Shown here: positions 1-12,822 of the stretch, one piece after another | How the letters are laid out: each line of letters begins with the position of its first letter | Position numbering within the stretch: the stretch's first letter is position 1 | From: Mobula birostris | Taxonomy: Eukaryota | Direction of reading: 5' to 3' | Length of the DNA: 64,000 nt | NCBI RefSeq assembly: GCF_030028105.1 | Contig: NC_092375.1 | Span: forward strand, 34,199,130-34,263,129 | Translations under genes and position numbers: made by a program | Notes under the pieces: model-generated | Seen by the model: only the letters and a program-made list of their open reading frames with translations | What the model was told of the DNA's origin: nothing | The model's database searches: none

Positions 1-84
1 GGTGGAACTACATTCCATCCCCAAGTAAAAGACAAATTCCATTTTTAGATACATCCCAAGTGGAAGATTTTTTTAAAACTATTT

Positions 85-941
85 TGTCACATACCCCGTG
101 ACGAGTTAAAGAACCAGCAGAAATAGAAAACACTTTGGAGTCCGGTACCGCTATTAACTAATGACGTTTATTAGTAACTACGCAATACAGTAATATAAAT
201 GCAGATAAATCAAACAGGTTAGCAATGATTATGTATAAGTGTGGAATATATAGGAAAACCAAGCTTCTTCAAGTCTAGGGGTATAGATAGTCTTATGATA
301 ATGAGTAAAGTTCAGTTCAGTTCAGTTCATGGTATTTAGTTGAGTAGTGATAGAGGGAGAGAGAGAGAGGGAGGGATTTGAGTCTTCAGATGAGCTGACG
401 CCGTCGATCTTCCCATTGTCCTCCGAAATCCTTTAAAAGTCACCGACTGTGACTTCAACAAAGGAGACCGTTCTTCTGTGGTGGAATCATCAACCCAGGC
501 AAGGGTTGGAAACATGGACAACTCCCCACCGGTCACTCCCTTTTCTCACTGCAAGAGCCACTGATTGATCCGCCTGATCGATCCTCCAAAAACCACTTTT
601 TCTGTGGGCACAACAAAGCTCATTCAGTGTCCAAAAACATACATTGCAGGTCTATCATCTGACCTCCTATTTATCTCACCGTACTGAGTACCAACTGTCA
701 TTCAAATAACTCCTCCTTTCTTTGTCTGTGTAAGAATGTACAAGCAGGCAATGTCCTTGGAGAAAGTATAAACAACTTGCCAAAAAATCATAACACCATC
801 TCCAAGCAGTCTTCATCTCTCTCTCTTAAAACCAAGATGTCGGTGCTAAATAACTCTGTCTTTCTCTTTTGAACAAGCTGTCCATTGTTGAGCACCTCTC
901 TCTCTTTTTCAAAAGCACAGTTCATAAGGGTACCCGTCACA
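85..941 (-). mobile_element. Probable solo LTR (Gypsy-like)
   Basis: Ends are TG...CA (plus: TGTCAC at 85, GTCACA ending 941). Flanks ATTT/ATGT form a near-perfect 4-bp TSD. Minus-strand AATAAA at 167-172. No coding capacity; internal (GTTCA)n and GA tracts. Confidence 0.6.
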
Positions 942-1089
942 ATGTTAACCATACCTTCCATAATGTTGTAATGAATGGCATGAGAGGGACAGAAACAGGG
1001 ACACAGAGGGAGAGGGAGAGTGTGTGCGCGTGTGCACACGCACACTGCAGCCCTCTGCTCACTTGACAGAGGACAGGCTATGCTGTGTT

Positions 1090-1290
1090 CCACTGTGGAC
1101 TGCTGTAACATTCATGGACTCAGGGTCTTGGACTATATTTTTGTGCGACTGTATTTTACTAATATCTTGTACTGTGTGTAACTGTTGGTACTGTGTTTTG
1201 TACCTTGGTCCCGGAGTAATACTGTTTCATTTGCTTGTAATCATGGGTATTCATGTATGGTTGCATGACAATTAAACTGGAACTTGAAGC
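1090..1290 (+). mobile_element. 3' UTR fragment of a Rex1-like LINE or derivative
   Basis: 'ggtcccggagtaatactgtttcattt...atgacaattaaactggaacttgaa' resembles the Rex1-like 3' ends near 46360-46430. Confidence 0.5.
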
Positions 1291-1680
1291 TACTTCTGCC
1301 ATTCATAGGAATGAACATGCATAGGTAATAGGTCTTTTGAATGTAATAATATTATGGTAACTTGCTTGTATGTACAGGAAATCTATGAAAGGTGTAAATT
1401 TGCTTCCAAATCTGTTAAGCATACAACAGAGTTCACTGTCAAAACTGAAAATCCCAAAATCATTGTCCATTTAACATATAGATTAATGTTAACAAAAAGT
1501 TTTCTAAATAAAAGTACCATAAGGAGGTCGAGCTCAGAAGATACCATAAGAAAACTTTATCGAAGACGACCAAGATTATCGCATAAAACTATAAATACAA
1601 TTGTCCAAAAGAAATGTGCAACAGAACACCTTCCAGTACAAGAAGAAATATGAAACTCAATGGGGGGGGGGGGGGGGGGG

Positions 1681-4580
1681 TGTGCGGCCTCCGTCGGTCG
1701 TGGTTGACCATGGGCACTGCGCTTCTGGTAATCACTGGTTTGTCGAGCAGCTTCGACTGGCTATTGAGGCCAATCCTAGAACAGCAGGCTCTGCCACAGT
1801 CGCTGCATGTGTAGGGCGTCATGGAATTGTTGTCCGCTGTCCAACTGTGCTCTCCGTTTAGCTCTCTGCTCCTCAGACTAACTCAGGATCATTCTTTCAC
1901 CTTGCTGTAGGTGTTGCTGAAGGGTACCTCGCCATTTGTTGCGGTCATCTGCTGTATCCTCCCAGCACTCTGTGTTGATTTTTAAAGCTTTCATGTTGTG
2001 CTTGCAGAGGTCCTTGAAGTGAAGCTGGGGTCTACCAACATTCCCCTTGCCTGTTGCTAATTCTCCGTAGAGAATGTCCTTTGGCAGTCTACCATCCTTC
2101 ATACGATGGACGTGGCCCAGCCAACGCAGTCTGCATTGTCTTAAAAGTGTGAACATTGTGGGAAGTCCAGTGCAGGAGAGGACCTCAGAGTTTAGGACTT
2201 TGCCGCATCCTCGGCATCACCTGGAGAGACAAAGGCTGCGCAGCTGAAAACTATTGAGTTTCCTCTCCTGCTTGGAGTAGATGGTCCAAGTCTCACTACC
2301 ATACAGGAGGGTGCTGATAACGCATGCATTGTACACAGCAATCTTGGTCTTTGTAGCTAGTTTCGGATTCTCCCAGACCCGCAAGGAGAGTCGAGCAAGG
2401 ATCAATTGCTGCTTTGCCGATACGCCTATTGATTTCAGCATCCAGGGAGAGAGTGTCGCTAATGGTCGACGCCAAGTATGCGAACTCGTGGACCACTTCT
2501 AGATCGTAATTGTTAATGGTAATGACTGGTGCCTCCACTACGTTCTGGGCATGGACATTTGTTTTCTTTAGGCTGATGGTAAGCCTGAAGTCCTTGCATG
2601 CCTTAGAGAAGCGATCCATGAGAGTTTGTAGTTGCTGTTTGGTGTGCGAGATTATAGCAGTGTCATTGGCAAAGAGCATGTCACATATTAAGATTTTTCG
2701 CACCTTTGTTCTTCCTCTCAGGCGTGCAGGTTTGAACAGCCGCCCATCGACCAGGTGTGCATGTAGATGCCTTCTGTTGACATCCCAAACGCGTGCTTCA
2801 ATAGCAGAGAGAAGAAGATGCCAAATAATGTTGGGACCAACACGCATCCTTGTTTGGCTCCACTACGAACAGCGAAGGGTTCTGATGAGCTGCCATTGTA
2901 CTGAACAGCAGCCCTCATGTCGTCATGGAATGACTTGATGATACTTTGGAGATTTGGGGGGACAGCCGACCTTGAGGAGAATCTGAAAGAGCCCATCCCG
3001 GCTGACAAGTTGAAAGCCTTGGTCAAGTCCATGAAAGCAACATAGAGGGGTTTCTGTTGTTCCCTGCACTTCTCCTGGAGATGACGGAGTGAGAAAATCA
3101 TGTCAACAGTTGACCTCCTTGCACGAAAACCACGTTGGGACTAAGAGTAAACCCATTCTGCCAGAGTTTGTAGACTTGCCAGAGTTACACGAGCAAAGAT
3201 TTTGCCAACAATACTCAGGAGAGAGATACCCCTGTAGTTGTTGCAGTCGCTCCTATCATGCTTGTTCTTGTACAAAGTGACAATTTTGGAGTCGCGCATA
3301 TCTTGTGGTACAGCTCCTTCCTTCCAGCACTGACGGAGGAAGGTTGGAGGTTGGAGGCGTGAGCTCTTGCAGTGCTTGATTAGGTCTGGAGGAATCCCAT
3401 CATAGCCAGGAGCTTTCCCTGGGGCCAGACTGTCAATTGCCTTGCTGAGGTCCTCAATGGTTGGTTCGGAGTCGAGTTCATTCATGACTGGTAGACAATA
3501 GATTGCATCAATGGCTGAGCTAACAACAACATTTTCCCTTGAGTAGAGCTCAGACTAGTGTTCTACCCAGCGTTCCATGTGCTTGCTTTTATCGGTGATT
3601 ATTTCACCACTGGATGACTTCAGGGGTGCTGTCTTGCTCTGTGATGGGCCAAGGGCCTTCTTGGTGTCATCATACATCGATCTGATGTTGCCTGTCACAG
3701 CTGCTGTCTGAACATCCTCACTGAGCTGGAGCTAGTACTCATTTGCGCACTGTCTTGCAGTCTGTTGCACTTTGCTTCTAGCAGCTCGAAGTGCCTGGAG
3801 TGTTTGGTCGGATGGTGAGCGCTTGTACTCTGTGAGAACTGCACGCTTGGCTTCGATGACAGGAGTCACGATGTTGGACTTTGCCTCAAACCAGTCACTG
3901 CTCTTTGTGGGTCTTTCTTCCAACGATAGAGAGTGCTGATTAGTGGATGGTGTCACGAAGGTATGACCATTGTTCTGTTGTAGTATCTCCTTGTGAAGAG
4001 GTAGTCATAGTGCCGTGTACTGACTTGGCAAACTGGTCAACCTTTTCTGACTGTTTCATCTCTGTTGTGTTGATGCGAGGTTTTCCAACATGCTTGGAGA
4101 GGTGGATTTCCTTCAGACGTAGTTTGATCTTGCAGCGTACTAAAGCATGATCCGTATCGCAGTCTGCACTGTGGTATGAGCGGGTCATTAGTACAGAGTT
4201 GATGAAAGAGCGCCTGGTGATGATCATGTCTAGTTGGCGCCAGTACTTAGACCGTGGATGTTGCCATGAGACCTTGTACTGCAACTTCGTCTGAAAGTAG
4301 GAGTTAGTTACACACAGTCCATGATAAGAGCAGAACTCCAGGAGACGTTGTCGATTGTCATTTATTTTGCCAATTCCGAAGTGGCCAAGACAAGATGGCC
4401 AGGAATCGTTATCAGTTCCCACTCTGAAGTTGAAGTCACCAAGGAGAACAAGGTGCTCATCACTGGGAATATTCCTGATAACAGCTTCTAATTTGTCGTA
4501 GAACATGTCTTTTGCCTCAAAGGTGAAGTTCAAGGTAGGGGCATACACACTGAGAGATACTGGGCCATGACTGGTGTATA
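1681..4580 (-). mobile_element. RTE-clade LINE, 5'-truncated and frameshifted (APE endonuclease + RT)
   Basis: Minus ORF pieces: VYAPT, LGDFN, 'KVSWQHPRSKYWRQLD', CDTDH (APE); KAPGYDGIP, NYRGISLLS, 'GAKQGCVL', 'MLFANDT' (RT); 'RLRWLGHVHRMKDGRLPKDILYGEL' (RTE C-terminus). Abuts a G run at 1662-1680. Confidence 0.92.
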
Positions 4581-5721
4581 GTTGTGGGAAAAACATGTTT
4601 CAATGCAAGAAACATGTTTTGACATCAAACTAGGTGAGCAAATTATACTTTCATGGTTGATTCGATTCAATAGGAAAAGAAAGTTATTTCATATATAGTA
4701 CATGATTCCCATAGATACTACAATCCCCCCAGAGGCAAGTTACCATGCTACCATTCCTCAGCATAAAGCAAAGGGAACAGGTTATCCTCTGCTCGCTTCT
4801 GCAATCACTATTATTTCAATGTGAGATTATTTTGGGTATAAGCTACCTGCGAGATCCTCCCCACATGCAGTGTTAGCAGTTTTAAAATTCTGAATTTAAA
4901 GAAATGAGCCCCTTCCAATGCATACCTTAAATCTCTAACTCTTCCCAAGGGAGAATGAGCCATTATGAAAATGTTCTATCCTGGAAACCAAGTCAAATAT
5001 GAAAATTTAAATTGGATATTCCAAAGGAGCATTTATTTCATAATATGTACTGTGGTAATACAACAGAGAATGCCAATATTTCTTCTGCCAGAACATCAAG
5101 AACTGGCTTCTCTCCTCAGCATGAATGGTAAACCAAGATATTATGCATTTTTCAATAACTGTTCACAATTGCATTATGCTGTAAAACACATCGGGCAATT
5201 TCCAAAAGCAACATTGTGCTCAGTTCGGCAATGTACATATAAGCCATCAATGGGAGATTAAAGATTCAAATCACAATGCAAATCATGCAACATGGGATGC
5301 AATAAAGAGCGCCAAACTGTCAAAAAATGTCTTTATTCCACCTATCCTCACTTCCAAACAATACTTAGCATAAACAAATATTAATGTAGATATAAAATTT
5401 TACATACAAAAATTGGTTCCATGAAATTTACAAATAATTCTTTGAATATTTTAAAAATACTCCTAACATTCAAAAAAATAAGTTTGCAGAGATAGTTTGC
5501 AAAACAATAAAACTCAGCTGGTGTGCAGACCTTAAGGAAATTCTAATGAGTGAGCATCTGGCACTCCCTCCCTCTTACTAGGTGCCATGTCCTGCACTCC
5601 CTGCTCACCTGGTTTACTGAAAAATGTATTACAATAAAAAGGTGAATTAAAATATATTGCTCTATCAGTATAATAATTTGGAAAATCTGGTCCAGAACTA
5701 AACTCCTGAACATGCTGGATT

Positions 5722-7663
5722 TTTTTTAAATTTTATTTTTATTTGGATAAGGTATTCACAAGTAATACACAATTTTTTTTTACATATATAACCTTTTCCA
5801 TTTTTTAATGTGAGTAAATCTATAATAATTTGTACATTCACAAGTGCACATTGAGATAATTTAGAAAATAATTAGGCACTCAATTAGACATTTATGTGCA
5901 ATTGTAATTCCACTCTATTAAACTAAATAATGATAATAGTTGTTATAAAATATTAATAATAGTGGTTGAATACTAATTTCCATGCATCTCTTCTGGTCCA
6001 TTTCTTTCTGGTCCAAATTTTCCCCAGATCTTTTCTTTACTTGTGTTAATTCCACATTTTCCAAAAAAAACAGTAAAACATTGGAGCCAAGGGTACTTAC
6101 CTTAACACTATTACTATGTTGGTGGGACAAACAGTATAAACCATTAGGAGAGTCATCGAAAGTCTGCTCGCTCTGGGGTTATAAATTCAATCCATTTATT
6201 CTAAACTTGATTTTAAAAATTTCCCTTTTGAATTCTCAGAGAGTAGGTCATCTTTTCCATTTTAAATATTTCCAAAATGATTTCATGCCAATCTTCTAAT
6301 GTAGGTGATGTTGGATTTAACCACTTTCTGGTGATTGATTTTTTTACTTGCCGCTAAAAGGGCCTGCAGCAGCTTTATATCTTTCTTCTGTTCCAAAAAT
6401 ACATGCCCCAAGAAGAGAGTCTCAAAGTTCAGAGGTATCTGAGTCTTAAATACCTTAACTAATGTTCTGTGAATAGATTAGATTAGATTATGAGGACACG
6501 CAGTCCTCTTTTATTGTCATTTAGTAATGCATGCATTAAGAAATGATACAATATTCCTCCGGTGTGATATCACAGAAACACAGGACAGACCAAGACTGAA
6601 AAACTAACAAAAACCACATAATTATAACATGTAGTTACAACAGTGCAACAATACCATAACTTGATGAAGAACAGGCCATGACACAGTAAAAAAAAAGTTC
6701 AAAGTCTCTCAAAAGTCCCACATCTCACGCAGACGGGAGAAGGCTCTCCCTGCCATGCCCAACCACAGTCCAACTCTGAGTCATCCGAAAACTTCGAGCT
6801 CTGATCAGCCCTCCAACACCGACTACTGAGCACCATCTCTGCCGAATGCTTCCACCTCAGCTTCAGTCACCAGCAGCAGGCAAAGCCGGGGATTTTGGGG
6901 CCTTCCCTCCGGAGATTCTCGATCACACAGTAGCAGCGGCAGCAAACTGGGCATTTCAGAAATTTCTCCAGATGTTCCTCTGCTTCTCACGTCTGTCTCC
7001 ATCAAATCAGAATTGCGCACGGCGTCCTACTTACAAATACAATATCATTTCACCAGAGACCTGTGCGCGCTGCGTCGCGCTGCCATCTTCTCCTCCTGCC
7101 TTATATACCCTCCCAATATAAACTTAAGTTAGGGCAATCCCAAAAAATATGGAAATGATTTGCCTCCTTGGAGCCACACCTTCTCCAACATGCCACGTTT
7201 GTGTCTTTATATTTTTCCTGATATGGGGTCTTGAAGTATCTTATGATATTTTTCCAACAATGTTCTCTCCAACTCAAAGGGTTAGTCGAAGACCACTGGA
7301 AGCTGCATATTTTCCCCCAAGCCTCCTCTGAAAGTACCAACCCTGCTTCTTTCTCCTACTTCTCTTTAATATACAATGTGTTTTCATTTTTGGCATGAGA
7401 GAGGGCACTATATAATCGAGAAATTGATTTACTTGGTATTGAACTGTAAGCCGAATTCAGAATCTTGAAAAATTCTAATTCTACTGTTGGTGCCTGTATA
7501 CCTACAACTCTGGTTAACATGATGTCGTACTTGAAGGTACCTAAAAAAGTCATTGTGTTCTAGGCCACGTTTGTCCTGCAGGGATTGAAAACTTTGTAAT
7601 ACACTCTTATTTGTGAATGAGAGGTAGGTTTCAAGAACTTTCTTTATCCACGTTCAAATCTTT
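5722..7663 (-). mobile_element. L1-clade LINE 3' fragment with 15-bp TSD
   Basis: Perfect TSD TGAACATGCTGGATT at 5707-5721 and 7664-7678. T-rich tail at the left end. ORF2 C-terminus with zinc knuckle 'CWRRCGSKEANHFHIFWDC' and 'ITRKWL...PT..DW'. Interrupted by a nested element. Confidence 0.9.
6476..7104 (-). mobile_element. Non-autonomous ~630-bp retroelement with (TAATC)n tail, nested in the L1
   Basis: Splits the L1 ORF2 at 'YWEG|IHRT'. Minus 5' end reads AGGAGAAGATGGCAGCG. 3' end is AATAAA followed by (TAATC)3, and the 3' part resembles Rex1-like 3' UTRs. Confidence 0.75.
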
Positions 7664-9179
7664 TGAACATGCTGGATTAATGAAAATTTTCTATACCCTT
7701 CACAAATTGGAATCAAACTCAAGATTTTGACAAACCATAGCACAAATCACAAAGACTTGTCAAAATTAGATAGTAACTACTTGTTGTACAATTAACCTCC
7801 ATCTGTTCACATTACTATACAGCATCTGCTCAAATACTGGTTATATACACATGACCACATTAACAGTACATGTAAGAGTATGCCTGCATATACAACACTT
7901 CTCCAAAATAATACTCCCAGCTAGCTACACATACAAAGTGCTTAAAGTATAAAAACAAAGCATGTTTTTGAACCCCAATATCTTTGCTCTTAGAAATCCA
8001 CTCTAAAAGATTTTCAGATCTCTAAGTAGGACTTGCATTGAAGGAACTTCAAGAATCTTCTTTAGCTCAGATTAAAGAAAGTCACCTTGGCTATTTTAGT
8101 CTCACTTCACCTTACATCAGCTTCTAGGGCTACTTCAGGATCTAGTACAATACAACTCATAAGAATTACACCACCACTTCCAGATTATCTGGAGCTAAAA
8201 GCCTATGTACGTTTCACTATCCATCCTGGAACCAGACAATATAGCTTTATATCCCACTGGCCTTAACAATTCTCCAAAATTCGTGATGCTAGTTAGATGC
8301 TTTCTTTACTGGACTGAAAACAACGATAACCTCAGCCTACGCAAACGTTCTCACCTTTCTGCACTTTTGGTGCTGTGCTGATACTTCATGTTTACTAGTA
8401 CATAACAGCTAAGTCTTCCATTCCAACAGACTGGTGTGGCAAGATGGGAATCATTATGTAAAAACAAAATTTTGAAAATACCCAGCAGAACCAGCAGCAA
8501 TCTACCTTTCTTTAGAAAAATGAATTGTTCTCTCTGCTTTGGATTATATTTTCCAGTAAATTCAGATTTAATCACATGTCCATCGAAACATATTGAAGTC
8601 AACAACCAACACACCCAAGGATGTCTGGGGGGCAGCCCACAAATGTCACCACACTGATATGAAATGCCCATGGTGAACAACATAAGCAACAGAACAGCCC
8701 CCTTCCCACCCCCTCACACACACAGACAGGCCTCATCTCCACTACACTTTGGTCTTTTTAGTTGCTCTCAACTCAACATGAAAATACGTCTGAGTGATGA
8801 CTAATTTTATGGTCATAACCAATATATTGGGGAAATTTCTGAATGTATCCAAGTTCTGTGAATCTCTTCCCTGCATTTAAATTTCCCACAAATATTAAAG
8901 AAGTGCCTTGTGCCTTTTGAAGGATCACTTCATTTTCTTGTGGCTTTAATTTTCCAGAGCTTTTGACAATTAGCTCCGTTGATTCTGGGCTTCACTCTTT
9001 GCAAGGAAAGAAATGAACTTTAGGACCTTGACAACAAACCAAAATGACAGTTCACAATAACTAATAGTTATTGCACCCAATATTCTTTGATACATTAGAT
9101 TTTATTTAAGAGAACAGTGCTTCAGAGTGCATTTTCAGCTTTGCACTGTGCCTCCTGCAGAATACTATGGAGCAGCTAG

Positions 9180-10820
9180 GACCACTCAAGAATAATGGAG
9201 GTGGAGGATGTAGGTGAGGTCCTCAATAAGTACTGTGCATTATAATTTACCAAACAGGTGGAGGACGGAGAGATCAGTATGGAGCATGCAAATTTGCTAG
9301 GGCATTTTGAGATGAAAGAAGTAGCATTGGGTCTCTTGAAGAACATTAAGATCATAAGACCATAAGACATAGGAGCAGAATTAGGCCATCTGGCCCATCA
9401 AGTCTGCTCCACCGTTCAATCATGGCTGACCCTTTTTTTTTTACATGGATAATTCCCCTGGTTATTTATATCAGGAAGAGATGAGATTGCTGGCTCCTTA
9501 ACCAATATCTTTGTGTCTTCTCTAACCACAGGAGAGATCCTGGAGGACTAGCAAATGGCTAAGAATGGAAACAGGGATAATCCTTGAAACTATAGACCAG
9601 CAAATCTCATGTCAATCGTTGCCAAGTTACTACAGAGGATTCATAGGGATAGGATTTATGAATAATTGGAAAATCATGGCCTAATCAGAAACAGTCAGCA
9701 TGGCTTTGTGCAGGGCAAGTCAAGTCTTAGTTACTTCATTTCAATTTTTCAAGAAGCTGACAAAGGTCATTGATGAATGTTGAGCTCTGGCTGTTGTCTA
9801 CATGGATTTTAGTAAGGTATTTGAGTAGGTTTATCCAAAAGGTGCATGGGATCAGCGGTGAATTGGTTGATTACATTCAAAGTTAGCTTGCCCAGAAAAG
9901 GCGAGGGCTAGTGATCGATGGGACCAAGACAGGCTGAAGGCCCATGACCCATGGTTTTCCACAGGATCTGTACTGGGACCTCTGCTATTTGTGATACATA
10001 TAAATAACCTGGATGAAAACATAGATAGCTGGCAGTTAGTAAGTTTTTAGATGATACAAAGAATGGTGGTGTTTTGGATAGCATAGAAGACTAGTATAGG
10101 ATACAGCAGGACACATATAAGCTCCAGATATGGGCAGAGAAATGCCAGATGGCAAGTACCCCAGCCAAATGCGCTATTTATTTGGAGATCAGATGTAAAG
10201 AGACAGTACACTGTTAATGGCAACTTCATAGCTCCCTGAAAGTGACTACAAAAGGTAGATTGGGTGGTAAAGCAGGCATATAGCATGCTTGCCTTTATTA
10301 ATTACAGAACTCCATTCAAGAGTTGGGAAGTTATGTTATAACTTTATGAAACTCTGGTTAGGCCCCAATGCATTCAGTTCTCATCCCCCATTACAGGACT
10401 TTGGAGAGGGTGCAGATAAGGTTTACCAAAATGCTGCCTGGATTAGAGGACAGGTGCTTTCAAGAGAGGTTGGGCAAACTTAGGTTGTTTTCCCTGGAAT
10501 GGCAAAGGCTGAAGGGAGATCTGATAGAGGTTTAAAAGATTATGAGACGCATAGATGGACAGCCAGTGTCTTTTTCCCAGGGTTGAAACGTTTAACACCA
10601 GAGGGTGCTAGATGCCTGAAATATGGGGACATGCTGGAGGCACACATGATAGAAGCATTCAAGCTCTTAAGGACACATGAACATGAATTAAATGGAAGGA
10701 TTTTCATATTAAGTAGGCAGAAGGGATTAGTTTAGGGAACATCTGCTTACTAACTTAATTAACTCGGCACAATATTATGGGCCAAAGGGCCTGTTCCTAT
10801 ACTGTACTGTTCTATGTTCT
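9180..10820 (+). mobile_element. Degenerate CR1 LINE
   Basis: Decayed RT-region motifs ('aactatagaccag', 'cagcatggctttgtg', 'catggattttagtaagg') and a CR1 3' end 'gggcctgttcctatactgtactgttctatgttct'. An inverted CR1 tail is inserted at about 9352-9440. Confidence 0.8.
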
Positions 10821-11509
10821 GCAAAAGAGTGGTCTGAAATATATCTTAAAATTTCTTCCAAATATACAAATGAATGCTACAGCAGACTGGTTATGTCAGA
10901 GCTTTCTACCAACTTTAACCTTTATCTCAAACCCACACTGATTATAGCCTCTTCTCTTCTTGGATTCTCCAGGGTAACTACCTTCTGACTGTAATTACTA
11001 GTGAGATCTTTGTCCTGGAAGTTGTGTTTTTTTTTAAATCACCTGGACTGCATGTACGCTATTTTCAGACATAAAATACTTGACTTCTGGAAGAAACAAA
11101 CACTGTGATGAGGTGCTCCACTACAACAATAACACAGTCCCCTGGCACCTCCATGGAATACAGTAAACAACTTTAAAAGACATGCACAACGCAGCAATTG
11201 ATCGATATAGGTCACTGTTCAAGGTACTAATATTGAATGAAATGTCCTGCACCTCTCTGTAGCTTTCCATGAATGCTGTTAGTGAACAGTTTATATCATT
11301 ATGTAAGTTTTCTCATGCCATATAGATCTCATACTGTGGACTCTGCCATCAAAGAGCTCCATCCAAAGATTCCTCAAAATTACAATATTTGGCAGATTCT
11401 TGTCAACTTACAAAACCACTAAATTTCCCCAGCCCCATTCTTGCAGGTTCTAAATTTGTAACCACTTAAAGCCATGGTGTTCAGGGCGGTTGTAACACTT
11501 TTTAAAAAT

Positions 11510-11647
11510 TTATTTATTGTGACACAGCATGGTATAGGCCTTTCCTGTGCTTCGAATCACGCCACCGGCAATCCCACGATTTAATCTTAGCCTAATCACA
11601 GAACGATTTACAATAATCAATTAAGCTACCAATCAGTAGGGGGGTGG

Positions 11648-11691
<44 letters not shown>

Positions 11692-11836
11692 TGGGGGGGG
11701 GGGGGGAGAGAGAGAAACCAGAGCACCCAGAGGAAACCCACATGGTCATGAGGAGAACGTACAAACTTCTTCCAGGCAGTAGTGGGAAATGAACCCAGGT
11801 CACTGGTACTGTGAAGTATTGTGCTAACCACTACAC
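11510..11836 (-). mobile_element. tRNA-derived V-SINE (HE1-like), head interrupted by a hAT element
   Basis: V-domain-like 'tttgtacgttctcctcatgaccatgtgggtttcctctgggtgctctggtttc' on minus, B-box-like GGGTTCATTTCCC, A-box completed at 12823-12836. Contains a (GT)n tract. Confidence 0.75.
11649..11690. repeat. (GT)n microsatellite flanked by G runs
   Basis: Directly visible. Confidence 0.95.
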
Positions 11837-12822
11837 CAGGGGTCCCCAACCTTTTTTGCACCACAGACAGGTTTATTATTGACAATATTCTCACAGACCG
11901 GCCGACCCGGGGGGGGGGGGGGGGGGTAGGGTTGCCAACGGACAAGAGTAACTGTCAAATACGTTGTGTTTACCCTGAGAAGACTACAATTACCATGAAG
12001 CCTTGCACGGGCACCTCTATGCGCATGTGTGTACATGCCAATTTTTTTTTTCTACAAATCGTTTTTGGCCATTCTGTTGGTGGGGGGGGGGGGCGTTGTT
12101 AATCACGACCGGAATATAGAAGATCAGTCAACTATAAGTCAGTTTTTAGTGACTAATACACTCAATTTCGTTTCTAAAAGGGTTTATCTAACGAATTTAA
12201 TATTAAACACACCGCATATTTTCCTCGCATGAATATAGTGATAATTACTGTATCAGTCACTTATAAGTCAATATCATATTTTAAGTAACGTTTGGATATT
12301 AAACACACAGCACATATTTTCCCCGTATGAACATATAAAATCATTGCAACACACCAATATCGCTGAATCAGTGAGCCCTGGGCTTGTTTTCCTGCAACAA
12401 CACGGTCCCATTGAGGGGTGATGGGAGACAGCGATACTCGAAGGGGGTTCCTTATGTCCAGTCTATTCCGCAATTTAGTTTTCGTTGCATTCATTGCAGA
12501 GATACGTTGCAAATGGAAGCAACATTTTCAGTGCTTTCGTGGATATCTCAGGATATTTAGCCTTGACTTTGATCCAGAATGCCGGCAGAGACGTTATGTC
12601 AAACATACTTTCCAGCCCGCTGTCATTTGCAAGCTCGAGGAGTTGATCTTCTTCCCGCGCTGACATGGATGACGCGCGGGTAATGACCTTGCGTGCATTC
12701 AAGCTCAACAGGGGGCGTGACAGGGAATGAGGAAAGGTGCAGCTGACTCCTATCGCCAAATCATATCGTTTCCTCGCAGCCCGGTAGCACATGCTCTGCG
12801 GCCTGCCAGTTGCGGACCGTTG
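11837..12822 (-). mobile_element. hAT (Buster/Charlie subfamily) deletion derivative
   Basis: TIR CAGGGGTCCCCAAC with a degenerate partner GTTGCGGACCGTTG. Perfect 8-bp TSD CACTACAC (11829-11836, 12823-12830) with central TA. Transposase C-terminal remnant 'FWIKVKAKYPEISTKALKMLLPFATYLC...KTKLRNRLD...LRVSLSPITP...KQAQ'. Confidence 0.93.

Noticed and set aside
1662-1680. Long G runs (also near 11693, 11909, 12082) as functional G-quadruplexes
   Set aside because: They lie within or at the ends of transposons, and homopolymer lengths are unreliable in assemblies.
8780-9026. Minus-strand peptides faintly resembling SENP6/7 N-termini ('KFISFLAKSEA', 'TELIVKSSG')
   Set aside because: They are in different frames with stops and have no coherent splice sites; probably chance similarity.
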